Positions 51,576 to 64,000 of a stretch of 64,000 nucleotides of DNA are shown here, one piece after another; the first letter of the stretch is position 1, and every line of letters starts with the position of its first letter. The position numbers and the translations under genes are program-made. A model generated the notes under the pieces. That model worked only from the letters and a program-made list of their open reading frames with translations. It did no database searches and was not told the origin of the DNA. Source of the stretch: Camelus ferus (Eukaryota); contig NC_045697.1 in NCBI RefSeq assembly GCF_009834535.1, forward strand, positions 60,328,001 to 60,392,000. Direction: 5' to 3'.

Positions 51576-53061
51576 TGTTCTTGATTGTGTGTGTGTGTGT
51601 ACACTCATACAGCATCATAATGCATAATCAAATAATTTACAAATAGTGTATTTTGTAGCCATTCAATAGTAGAAACAGTAAATGTAATAGTTCATAGAAT
51701 CTTCGGCAGTATGATCTAATGATATTAGATCCCCTGAAAGTGAATCACATTATGTCCAAACTAAAGTCCATTTTGTCCAACTTGGATCTGAGTCATATCT
51801 ACAGCCAATGTTTTTTCTGATAAGAATATTAAAAGTTAATTTAAAAACATTTTCATAAGCATGAATAGTAAATGAGTCAAACTAAATTATCAACTTAAAA
51901 AGAAGATGACTATATATATATAGTCATAGATGACTATATATATATGTCTATATATATATAATATATAATGAGTAGATGGAAATGGTTAGAATGGCATAAT
52001 TCTCTAAAATTAGAATACCCAATATTAGCTCTATAATGCACTATCTTAGGGAAGATTTACTTACTTTATGCTTATTTCTTCTATTGAGTGACTTTGTGCA
52101 CATTGAGTAACATTGTCACAAATTTATGTCTTAGATTTCAATTCCTTCCAACTCTGGAGATGCTTATATATTTTAAATGATTTTAATGGGGAAGCCTTCA
52201 AGTTACTTTAACAAAACTTTGCTAAGTACTTTTTATAAACCAGAAAACTCAACGTTCTCTAGGGCTGTTTTGCCAACATCCCCACAATACATACATCATA
52301 TAATATTACCTTTGTTACCTTTTCTCTCACACATCTCAGCTACTTTATTCTTACCAGAAAGGATGAAGCCCTAAAGACTCAATGACCTTTGACTCATTTT
52401 CTTTTCCCTTAGGTCACATTCAAAGAAAGATTAATTCTGTTTAGTTTCTATTCTGTTTCCCTCCCCTGTCACCAATTAGTATTTCAGTGATAAAACAACA
52501 ACAATGATGACAACAATAACAAAGTAACACCCCTAATAACGACTGATCTATTCTAGTGATACCTGGATGATGGCAAAGTCATGTGGACAAAACTCTGCAT
52601 CATCAAAAACAAAATTAGGTAACAGCCCTGAATTGGTAAAACAAAAATACCTGACCACAGGAAAATAACTGTGCCAGTAAAGGGAGGGAAAAAGACTTAC
52701 TGGAACCTAGAATGTGGTCTGAGGTTTACGGAGATGACCTGGAGGGTGGTTGCGAAGACTCTCCAGATAGGAGTAGTGAGAACTGAAGCTCAGAAAGGGC
52801 TATCTGCTCAGGGAGTTTAGGCTGAAATACCACACAGTGAAATTCTCTTCTCATTCTTCTCTCCAGTAACGTGATGAGAAGCTGACCTTCACCAGGAAAT
52901 TGCCTGCTCTCCTCTTCCTCCTCATTCTCTCTCTCCACTTGCTGTGGCTGCGGGCTATAGGGGAGTTGGGGAGGAGCTAAAACAAAACAGTAACCCTAAC
53001 CTATTTAATATTTTTGGTGAGAAAAGAAAGAACACCTAGTCTAAAATTTATAAGCACTGTA

Positions 53062-53543
53062 CAAGCATCCGTTGTTTTATTGTGCTTCACAGATATTGTG
53101 TATTTGACAAAGTGAAGGTTTGTGGCAACCTTGTGTCGAGCAAGTGTATCAGTGCCATTTTTCTAACAGCATTTGCTCACTTTGAGTCTGTGTCACATTT
53201 TGGTAATTTTCACAGTACTTCAGACTTTTTCATTATTATATTTGCTATGATGATTTGTGATCAGTGACCTTTGATGTTATCCTGTGATTCACTGAGGGCT
53301 CAGATGATAATTAGCATTTTCTAGCAGTAAAGTATGCTGAAATTTTTGTTTTTTTAGATAATCATTGCTTTTTAGACATAATACTATTACACACTTAATA
53401 GACTACTATTTTCAAGTCACAAAATTATAGTGTAAACAGAACTTTTATATGCACTGGAAAACCAAACAAATTTATGTGGCTTCAATATTCACTTTACTGT
53501 GATGGTCTGGAACCGAGGCGGAACTGTCTCAGAGGTATACCGG
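53062..53543 (+). mobile_element. Internally deleted Tigger1 (Tigger1a-like), TcMar DNA transposon
   Basis: Both Tigger1 ends are present (gaaggtttgtggcaacc...; ...gtctggaaccga...gaggtataccgg), joined near 53280; TA target at 53060-53061. Confidence 0.9.
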
Positions 53544-55000
53544 TGTTCAGGAGTAACACAACAGGGCTTGCCACAAGAAGATGAAGCAAACTTATGAATA
53601 TCCTTAATGTACCAGTAAAAATAAGGTGAAGGATTGAATATCTTAATCTTACAAGCCTCAGACTTTCATTTTCTGTTCATACATTAAGTTCTTACATAAA
53701 GCTAGAAAAGTGATCAATTGCCCTAGAAAGGGAAGATTTTCAATTGCACCCTTGCTTTACTAAAACAAAAAAATAATGAAAGCTTGAAACTCATTCTCTT
53801 GTGTGGCTTCAGCTAAAAATCTGTACAAATGAAATAGTGACTGAGTTTTGAAAAGGTGGGCATCATTCTCATAACTTTCTACACCTCCTGTAAGACCCCA
53901 AAGTTCTCTTCCTGTTTAGGAAATCCACGAATGCTAAATTGTCCCGAAGATCTCCCCCTTGGAGATATCTAACATGAGTAAAGAGAGAGATTTTAAATTT
54001 CTATGACCAGCCAGGCCAACCTCATGCATTTCATTTAAAAAAAGAAAATTGGGTTTTCCCTACAATTTAAACTACATTTTCCACTTCCCTGTTGACTTCT
54101 CTGATAAGATGAATTCTAGGCGTTGATGTACAGAAGCAAAGGGTCTGAAATAAGAGAGATAACATATATATTGCTTAGCAAAAGCAGCCTGCTCCTGAAA
54201 GAAAGAACCCGGAGTCTGTGAGACTCGCCGGTGTGCTCAGTGAAGCACAGCTGATGATGCGAGCAGACCTGTGGTTGAGCTGCTCATTTACAGAAGTGGA
54301 AGAGATGGGTCAGCTCCTGACACCCAGAACCGCCAAACCTCTGAACCAAATAAACAAGAGGTGTATATGCATTCACAGCAACGATGAAAACAAATAGAAA
54401 AAGAGAGAGAGACTAATCATTGGAAAATTATTTCTGAAGTCAGAACACCATACTGTGCTAAATTATCTATTCTGGTTGATGCGTAATGAATTTTAAATCA
54501 ATAGTTCTGTACGCTTATATATAAAATTTTCAGTCAATGTATTTTACTTTTTAACATTGTGGATAAAGCTATTGTAGCAGAAAATTGCAAATGATTCGGA
54601 AATGGAAAAGAACAGATGAGAAATTCTAAAAGACTGACAAAAATAGGAAGGGTTTTGGTAGGGAGGTATCAAAATAACTTTTGTGGAGAGAAACATTAAT
54701 TTTGCAGCATGCGTAGCATTCACGCTTGTGGTGTTTGAAATGATTTCTTTCTAAATCTTTGACTTTTATATTTACCATGATGCTGCCATACACACCATTT
54801 TCTCTAGGCCAAATGCAAAGCCTGAAGAAGGGAGACTCTTTCCCTCAAGATTTTTATTTGTATCCCCACAAATTTCCCCATTGCAAGGAGAGGCTCTCTC
54901 CTGCTGCTGTCCCTGGCACCTCTGTGAGTTTTCAGCCTTCTCTTCCTTCCCGTTTGACTGTGCTGCTAGATGCTTCTCAATCAAGAGTGAACAGTGGGAG

Positions 55001-55195
55001 TAACTGCTATATATAAACTAGGTATACAGCAAGTTTCTTCTGTACGGCACAGGGAGCTATATTCAATATCTGGTAGTAACCTATAATGAAAAAGAATATG
55101 AAATGAATATATGTATGTATATATATGACTGAAATATGCTGTACATCAGAAATTGACACATTGTGAACTGACTAGACTTCGATTAAAAAAAAAAC
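55001..55195 (+). mobile_element. Truncated lineage-specific L1 3' end
   Basis: gcacagggagctatattcaatatc...gaaattgacacattgt...poly(A); imperfect TSD at 54990-55000 and 55196-55206 (9/11). Confidence 0.9.
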
Positions 55196-56510
55196 AACAG
55201 TGAGGGATTTTTAAGGAAGAGAGAGGTAAACTCTTTCCCACCTATCAAGCAATTATTAAGTTTCATGCAGTTGGTTATTTGATCATTTCTTTACTAGCTG
55301 CATGTCACGTCCTATGTGTGTTCATGTGTGGGTAAGGCATGTGCACGTGTGTGCACGTATGTTTGTGTGTCAGTCTATGATTATATCGATTAAACTCTCT
55401 TTCAGGTATAAACAGAATCTGCCGAATAAGTTAGCTAAATAATATTCAGAGACCAAATTTCTGTCTCTTGTCAAAATGATTCCCATCAATCAAATCAAAT
55501 TTTTTCTTCTCTCTGGCCAGTTGGCCTATTGGGACTGTTAAACTTATTCTAAGGGCTCTGTTTGTCTATCTTAAAGATCTGATTAATTAGTAGTTCTCCC
55601 CCCTTAAAACAGCATTAGATTCCTTTGTCTGTAATCATTACACTTCACAAACACCCGTGTTTAATTTCCTTCAGTCTATTTATCTTAGAAGCTGAAGATT
55701 CCAAATAGTCAGTATCACTGATTCTTTCATGGGTTAACCAGAAAAAAACATGTGTATGGGGCCATGCTCAAACTGATCCTTTTGTCTCTAGCCATGTCTT
55801 GTACACAAAAGAGCCAAATGGGAATAAAGCCTGTAGTTCACTTACAAATAATATTGTTATATGGCCACAGCTTCAGACAGTCTTCTAAATGCCAGCTCTA
55901 TGTTGGCAATCAAAACAGAGTGGGTGCCCATCCAAGTCTGGATTCTCTTGAATATGTATAACCTCCTCATCACTGAAGAGTTTGCCAATGTTGAGGATTT
56001 GGATTCAAACATGGCATTTAAAACCCACAAAATGATTTTTCGTCAAAAATGAGAACCAAAATTGCCATTTAAAATAGAAGATTAGAGGATAAGACAAAGA
56101 GATTCCCAATGAAGAGCAGAAAATATGCATGGAATGAAGAGACTTGAGAAAGAACAGTACAGTTAGAAAGCCTTTGATTGACATGTAACAGATTGAATAC
56201 TTCAGAAGTGATCAACATCGTAGGAACCATGTGCTCTGTAGAATATTATAAGCTGAAGGCAAGTAGGGTAAAATTTAAGAAAAGGTATTAAAAATTAATC
56301 AAACAATTACAAGACTATGAACCAAGGGCTAATTTGTGTGGCAAGAGTGTTAAAAAAAAATTGAGGAGATGAATGAAGGCTGATGAGATAGAAAGTTTAA
56401 GGTGAATGTTGAAACCAGGATGAATGATACTTGCAGAATACAATTTACTAAGTCAAGGAGAAATGGAGTGGAGTCCTAAGTAAGGGGAAACAGGAAGGAC
56501 AATGAGCTTG

Positions 56511-56972
56511 TGTATTTGTTTCCTGCAGCTGCTATAACACATTACCACCAGCTGGATGGCTGACAACTACAGAATTTTCTTTCTCAAAATTAGAATCACT
56601 GAGCCACAGATGTCAGCAGGACTGCCCTCCCCTGGATGCTCTAAGGGACAATGCATTTCACACCTCTTGTAGCTTCTGCTGTTCCTGGCACCCTTGGTGA
56701 TTGTGGCCAAATGACTGCACTCTCTGCCTCCATGGTCCTGTGGACTTGTGTTTGTGTTAAATTTCCCTCTGCCCTCCTCCTCAGTGGACACTTGATTTTG
56801 CAACTAGGGTCCACCTAGGTAACCCAGGATAACCCCTTCATCTCAAAAGCATTAATGCCTTAATTTCATCACATCTGCAAAGATCTTTTGTCCATACAAG
56901 GTGACATTTAGGCATACCAAGGATTAGGAATCTAATCCCCAGGGTCTGAGGGCCATTATTCAGCCTTCCCCA
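56511..56972 (-). mobile_element. MLT1D-like solo LTR
   Basis: tgtatttgtttcctgcagctgctataaca...gatgtcagcaggactg...cacatctgcaaaga...ccattattcagcct. Confidence 0.85.
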
Positions 56973-58659
56973 GCAATGACAGCTCTGAGAGAGAGCAGTG
57001 AGGTTGAGCTCAATGGACAACTGAAGGAAGTTTACAGAGGAAAGGGAAGCAGTAAGTGGAATAAGAAACTGGGGTTGTTTTTTAAATGACTTTGAAACCC
57101 AGACTAATTTAAACTTGATAACATATGATCTTACAATATATTTTGTCCAGAAGATCCCTTTTACAATAACACATCATTCTGTAAATTCCCCAAGATGTTT
57201 TTAACATTTTATTTCTGAGTACTTTATTATAAAAATACTTTTGAGTATTAAGGTTCTTGAAAAATTCATAATATTATGGTGATACTCATCATTTTTAAAG
57301 CTTTATACTCAGGTAATATAATAAAAATGATATTCATATAATTCTTATATTCAAGTAATATGATAAGAATGCACTTAATAATCCATAGGAAATTTTCAAG
57401 TTTATATGTCAAGGACATGATCAACAGACTTAATTTTCAGTGTGTTAACTTTTCTAATTTACCATCTCTCCAATGCTGCTTAAAATACATTTAAAGATTT
57501 TTAAATCATTATTTATTGTCTTCTCTCATTGCTAATATCATAATTAATTGTAAAAGAGAAAAACACATGTTTCAAACTGACCACATTAATTTAAATGTAA
57601 ACTCCATTGACCTTTTAAATTGGAAATTAAAAAAGGTGAGTTTGAGAAAAGAAAACACTTTTTTTTTTTCATTTCATAATATGCTATTACTCCAGCATGA
57701 CCATGTTTTCACCACAGGTATGAAAGAAAAGACCTAAGCAGTAACCTTTTATTGCCTCTTCATTTTATGAATGACAAAATCCCAGAGAGGGTTTGATACT
57801 TCCTATTGACTCTTAAAAAAAGTGAACTGGGAATTGTACTCCTGATTTTTGTGAAAATGACATGCCTTCACTTATGAAACTGTGTCTTTAAATAATAGTT
57901 GTGTTTACATATAGTTAGATTCAAATACAATTACAGAGAACATCATCTAATGTCTTCAGCTTAATAAGATAACAGCAGCAGTATATTACTTGTTCTTTGT
58001 ACTAAATAATTCATGAGATCCTTTATTTAATAATCACCAAAACTTAGCAATGTTTGCCACACCAATCCACAAAGGGGCTATATTTTTAAGTGCTTGATTT
58101 CCTTGTTGATATACACTGTATATTGAATTTTTATTTTATTTTCATGCATGTTTCTATACAGTAATCAAAAATGAAAAGACATATAATTTACTTTAACATA
58201 ATTTAGGCAATAAATGTTTCTTAAAGTAACAAAGAAAAGTTACTAAACGAGATGTTGGGAAATCAGAAATTGTAGGCCAATTGATTTTACCAGAAAAAAA
58301 TTCCAGTTAATGTTATATTAATTCTAAGAGCAAAATTTCTCAGTATTAGCAATGGCAGAATATATCAGAAAAAACCCGTAGTAATTACAAACAAACAAAG
58401 ACAAACCTTTTGTATAAAATTTTGCTGCAATCAAAGAAAATAAAATGTTTGATGGAGTAACTGTATTTTCAGCCACTCAAAGTTCAGGTGTCTAGCACAA
58501 TATTTAATTCTATGTTTGACAATTGTGCTTAAATTGTTTCCCCTAAAAACAAAAGCTATTAACTGCATGATATAGGTCAAAAGATACTTTCAGTAAAAAT
58601 TGTTTAGAGTACAGGAAATCATAGCTTAATACAGTAAAACAAACAAACAAAAAGCCGTT

Positions 58660-59210
58660 TGAGTCGATACAGCATTTGACTTCCAACTGAAACACATATA
58701 CATTTTGTGATTTTAAGTAAGTTACCCTTTCAGAGCCTCGCTAGTCTTATATAAAATGTGAAGATAATGTGTTCAATTGTTTTGAACATTAAATATAATC
58801 TATTTAATAAAAATTACTAATAATCATCTAAAACTTATGGAAAGATGCTGTGTAAAACTCTAAGTCTATCACATATTGTCACTTATTTAATCCCCATTAT
58901 AAAATCAGTAAAATACTAATATATGCCCTATTTTACAGATGAGGCAACTGAGACATAAAGGAGGTAGGGAACTTGCCCATGTCACACTGTTATTACATTG
59001 AAGAGCCACGATTAAGACTTAAACAATTTTGCTCCAGAGTCCTCTTTTAATAATCGATAGCTTAATAGCACAACAATAACCTGTCTCTCATCCTACATGT
59101 GTATTTACTTTAGGACAATCAGCAAGCCTTTCTAAGTCTCAGTTTCCTCATTATACAGTTGAAAGTATGAATTTCATTGTTTCCCCCTAAATCACAAATT
59201 CTATGATGAT
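58660..59210. mobile_element. Cluster of MIR fragments, both orientations
   Basis: attttacagatgaggcaactgagac (minus, ~58850-59060); aagttacc...agagcctc and ctcagtttcctcat (plus). Confidence 0.75.
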
Positions 59211-59618
59211 GCCACTATATTATGCTTATATAATGGTGTGACAAAAAGTAATTTTAATTTCTTTTAAATAATTTAAGCTATGACAATTCTCCTTACCCTA
59301 TGTCAGAGTATGGAATATATATAGGCATTTTCTATGGTGAATACTTGTAAACTGGGAGTAAAACACACAATAATTACAGCAGAGTTATCATATAACTTTC
59401 ACTTTCCTTAGGGTACATGGTAGCCCACTAGCCCACTTAGTATTTGTCTGCAACTGGAAACTCATGTTTTGTTTTAAGATAATTAATTCCAGAAAATGAT
59501 TCTAGATGGTGGCAACTTCACATCTGAATAATTCAACCTTTGGTTAGTTTGTGTCTGAAAGAATGCAATTTGATAAATAAAATGAATTTCATGTGCTTGA
59601 ACATCGCTTCAAAATTCA

Positions 59619-59621
<3 letters not shown>

Positions 59622-59668
<47 letters not shown>
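59622..59668. repeat. (AT)n microsatellite
   Basis: Read directly from the sequence. Confidence 0.97.
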
Positions 59669-59673
<5 letters not shown>

Positions 59674-59698
59674 TAGTGAAGTCTTCTTAGTCTAATTA

Positions 59699-60004
59699 AC
59701 ATACAGAAGCCAGTTGCATTTCTATACACTAACGAAATAGCAGAAAAAAATATTAAGAGAACAATTCCACTTACTATCACACCAAAAATAATAAAATACC
59801 TAGGGATAAACCTACGCAAGGAGGCAAAGGACTTGTACTTTAAAAATTATAAGACACTGATAAAAGAAATTGAAGATGACATAAACAGATGGAAAGATAT
59901 ACCATGTTCTTGGATTGGAAGAATCAGTATTGTTAAAATGACCCTACTACCCAAGGCAATGTACAGATTCAGTGCAATCCCCATCAAATTACCAATGACA
60001 TTTT
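59699..60004 (+). mobile_element. Internal L1 ORF2 fragment (end of RT/thumb region)
   Basis: 59701-60006 translates without stops: [11 protein letters not shown]...IKYLGINL...[38 protein letters not shown]. Confidence 0.95.
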
Positions 60005-60879
60005 TCTAATTATAATTATATTTAACAAATGTTTATTGGAATTTCCTCTGTCAAGTACTATAGAAACTGTGCAGGAAAAAAAAAAGACCAAAACACAGTA
60101 CCTACTCTCCAGATTCTCACAGGTACAATTGCACACCCACGTACACATGCTATACAAAGCAGAGTGAGATAAAATAACTATGTGCGTATGTGTGTTTGGA
60201 GGTGTTGATGAAGAAAAGAAAGAAAACTCGAGGTTTCAAATGGCTGCCAGGTTCAAATAACTGAAGATGAAATTGAGATCAATGAGCCACATTACACAGG
60301 GTTTTCACTAACAGCAACCACAGGGGACTAGAATCATGCCCAGTAAACTGGAAAAATAGCATTACTTTTAGTAAGTTAAAAAACATTTTAAAAATTAATA
60401 TTTTTAACGTTCTTTCGACCCTGCTAAAACTGAGACCCATGCTTAAAAGATTAAAGGAGGAGAAAGCGACAGTATCAAGAAACTCTTCCTTGATCAGAGA
60501 CTTCTGATCAGACAAAATTTTTAAAAACAGCTTTGTGTCAAACCAAAGTCAGGCCTCTGATATGATTACATGTTCTAAATTGAGATCAGTGAGGGAAAAT
60601 ACATGACTTGTTGGTTTCAATTTACATGTGGCATTAATAAGCTATGATACAATATATTTATGTAATTTTTGTTTTAAGAACAGAATAGAATGTTGCTACA
60701 CCTTAGAAAACTGAAAAGGCTTTCACCTTGGAAAGGTGATCTTGAACTACTAGGCAGACAGTAAAGGTTTCTGAATCTGGATGTTAAAGTTCTGAGCTTC
60801 CCAGACATAAAGTCTGCTTGTCTATGGTGGTGGTTGTTTTTATTGAAAGGATGGATGCATTTATTAGAAACCCCACTAA

Positions 60880-61370
60880 GGTTTATTTTTAGGATATGAC
60901 ACCCATAGTGCTATAACAAAGATCCAAAGTAAAAGTGGCTCAAATAAGAAGCAAGTTGATTTTTTTTCAATGACGGAAGTGTAGTCTATCCAAGAATGAT
61001 GAATGAGTTAGCATCATGGGGTCATGGACACTGGCCCTTGTATTTTGTGGCTCTGCCATCTCTATGACACAGCCCTCACTGACATGGTCCCAGGTTATTC
61101 ATTGCCACATGTGTAATCTCATAAGAAAGATGGAGGAAGAAGGGAAAGGATGGTGTGGCTGGTCTCTTAGGAATAGGACCTGAAATTTCTATTCATCAAT
61201 ACTTCTTATGTTGCACTGGTCAGCACTTATTGTGACCACACTTAGTTGCAAGGGAGGCTGAAAAATGTGGTCTTCTAGTCAGCTGTCATGCGGCAAGCTA
61301 CAATTTTTATTTTCTACAGGAAAGTGAGGAGACAGATACTGAGTAAAAACTAGCAGTTCCTCCCGACAAT
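60880..61370 (-). mobile_element. MLT1I/J-like LTR
   Basis: gctataacaaa...agtggctcaaataaga...gtggctctgccatct...accacacttagttgcaagggaggctgaaaaatgtggtctt. Confidence 0.75.
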
Positions 61371-62159
61371 TTCACATTGTGTTGAAGGTGGTTTTCCTTG
61401 ATAGTTCAACATCTCTGACACTCAGGAGCTGGCTTGTTTTACTTGATAATTAGATGACACTTTGAGGTTTTGCCAACAGCTCAGAACAAAGCCGTTGTGA
61501 AAATATTTGCTGTTCATTTCATCTGAGGGGGAATGGTGTCCTTTGAGTTGCAGAGGAAGGGTGTGAGTTTGATCCTTTTCTATGACTTAACCAGGTATAG
61601 AGATTCTGAAACATAGTAACGTGTGCAGTAACTTCTAAATTCATGTTGGACTCTGATGAGATGTTTTCTCTCTGTTATTTTATAGAAATATAAAACATAA
61701 AGATGACTTACAATTATGGACAAATTTTAAGGAACTTTTCCAGTTTTTTCTGCTCTCCGTTTTTGGTGTTCATTGATTTTATTGTACCAATTGTTTAAAT
61801 ATAAGAGATAAAACTAACAGTTTTAATATAATTGGGGAACTGAAGGGAAGTGTAATACATGGAATTGTCAAGAGGATCTGACACCATGTTTTAGATTAAG
61901 GGACTCCCATAACCCACATCCCACCCAAGAAATGATCTGCTTTGCACCTGTGCAGATATTTTAGTCCATGAAGATCTAATTAATCTCTCTCAGGTAGTCA
62001 ATCCAATTTAAAATCTTAAACTAAAATCCTAATTCTGAAAATTAAAATAGTAATGACAAAATGAATGAAAAATATCCACCAGCTTTAGCATGCTGCACCT
62101 GGCAATTTAGTAGTATTTTTTCATCTGGCAATAACTTGGGTACAGACCTAAACTAATGC

Positions 62160-63125
62160 TGAAATTGTCTTGCTGCTCATAACAGTAGCCAGAGTGATCT
62201 TTTAAAAACTAAAGTCTTGTCATGTCACTTTGCTAAAAGCCAATAGATTCACACCCACTATTCCTGGAATGCTGCCTCAGAGCCTTTGACACTGTTTTTG
62301 CCTCCGCCTAAAATATCCTTCCCCCAGATACCTACAGGACTTGTTCCCTGACTTCACTATGTTTCTGCTCAAAATGTCACCAAGTCAGAGAGACATTCCC
62401 TGACTACTATGTTTAAAACAATACATATCTGTCACTCTCTGCTCACTGAGGCTGACTCATTTATTTTCTCCTTCTTAGCACTTGTGCATTTAATTCATTG
62501 CTTGTTCATCTTTGTCTGTTGTCCCATTAGAATGTAATTCGCACGGGAGCAGGAACTTTCTATGTTCATGTTCACTGCTGATCATCGTGTTACCAAAGGC
62601 AAGTTCATGTGCTTTGCCGCACCATGAGGCCAAACAAACTGAAACATGAGTTTGGAGCAGAGAAAGGTTCATTGCAGGGCCCAGCAAGGAGGAAAGGGTA
62701 GCTCATGCCCAGGGAAACCCAGAACTCCCCAAAGGGTTGCAGCAAAGCATATGTAAAGGCCAGTTAGGGTGAGAGGTTGCAGGGTACGTGATCAGCTCAT
62801 GTACAATCTCTGACTGGTTGATGCTGAGATAACAGGGCGGTCAACACTATCAACCACTACCAACCCCTAGGTGCCAGAAGGTCTGGGGCCATGCACTCTT
62901 GATCATCAAGTAGTCAATTTTTTTCCTTTTTGGGGTGGCTTTAAGCATCTTAATAGCTCAGGAAATATACGTGAGATACTATTATCTGTGTACCTTAGAG
63001 AGGAGCTGCAGCAGAGGAGATGGAGGAGGGGTCTGACCCTGGAAGTCCCCACAGGGTCCTGCTTGGTTACAATTACAGCTTAGAAAAGTGGGCCTTCAAT
63101 AAAAATCTGTTAAATAAATGAATAA
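62160..63125 (+). mobile_element. L2 3' portion split by an LTR
   Basis: agccagagtgatcttttaaaa...catgtcact...gttcactgctg [LTR] ...caataaaaatctgttaaataaatgaata. Confidence 0.8.
62588..63071 (-). mobile_element. ERV1 solo LTR (artiodactyl MER41-like)
   Basis: TGTTAC...GTTACA ends; gaggccaaacaaactgaaac...gagtttggagcagagaaaggtt typical of this family; possible 4-bp TSD atcg/atta, compatible with CpG decay. Confidence 0.8.
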
Positions 63126-64000
63126 AATACTGTCATAGAATCTCTAATGGAAAGGAGGAGGTACTTGTTGGACAAATCCTCCTTTGATATTGAAGACAAC
63201 CAGCGGATCTGGTGGATGTGTTAGAAAAATTCATGACTTTATCCAGTCAACTAAAATTTTCACCTTTAATTTGGCTCTGTGTTATCCCATAGAGGATTCC
63301 ACCTGTATTACTTTAACTGACCTAACAGCGACCTAACTGATCCATTGTATTTGTATTTTTTTAAAGACATTTTGAAGCCAAACTAAATATTTTATTTTTA
63401 TATTGTTAAAAGAGAGAGCTTTGTATCTAAGACCAGCATCTTTACAGAAGACAGGTCCATGTAACTGCCAGTCACATACAGCCAAGAAAGTGCTACGATA
63501 AATGGAGTCCCTGATAAGAAGTGGCTAGAACTATAATACATGCCAAGCATCCCACTCATTAGAGAAAAGACCCATTCTCCTGACTAGTCACAACAAACCT
63601 CATTCATTTCTACCTGCAATGCATAAGTAAAAGGCAAGACCAGCAAAAACCCACTGCTTCAGAGTGTTACTTTTTTTTTTCATACAACAATGTGTCTCCA
63701 CTAACAGAGAGCAAAGAAAAATAGAGCTGTGGCTGCAGCAATAGAATTCATAGAAATATCAGCTGAGGTTTCCCTAGGGACACACCAGCAGAAAATTGCA
63801 AGATAGCATTTCAGTAAGGGATAAAAGTAATTCCAGAAGGTATGGAGAAGCCAGCCTCCCAATTCATTTATCAAAGTGCCTACAGCTCCCTTTTCAAGTC
63901 AGGTGAAACAACAATAAATATTTGCGAAGTAAATGAATCTGTACCCAAGGCATTTTAATAAATAAAAGGTCAAAAGAACACAGTACAGAGCTTTTAGCTC

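Noticed and set aside
1..64000. CRISPR arrays, operons, defence systems, rRNA/tRNA genes, CpG island
   Set aside because: Eukaryotic repeat-rich DNA with no repeat-spacer array, long ORFs, recognisable structural RNA gene or CpG island

Overview
AT-rich, CpG-depleted mammalian genomic DNA, intergenic or deep intronic. It is not microbial. It is probably camelid-like cetartiodactyl: young L1 3' ends read ...gaaattgacacattgtaactgactatacttc, Tigger1a- and MER41-like elements resemble artiodactyl forms, and I saw no Alu, B1/B2, Bov-tA, PRE1 or Can-SINE. Roughly half the window is recognisable decayed interspersed repeat: L1, L2, MIR, MaLR/ERV LTRs, hAT and Tigger DNA transposons, and microsatellites. 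I cannot support any intact protein-coding gene, rRNA, tRNA or CRISPR array. The ORF-track entries are chance ORFs or L1 ORF2 remnants. Repeat subfamily names come from recalled consensus similarity, not a database search, and boundaries are approximate unless a TSD is quoted. I found no convincing novel biological system. The best leads are: (i) a chain of minus-strand splice signals at ~30.1-31.05 kb that would splice into a 69-aa ORF; (ii) an ectopic copy of a transposon end plus its flank at 11.56 kb; (iii) several twin-primed or atypical L1 insertions; (iv) motif-dense non-repetitive segments that may be enhancers.
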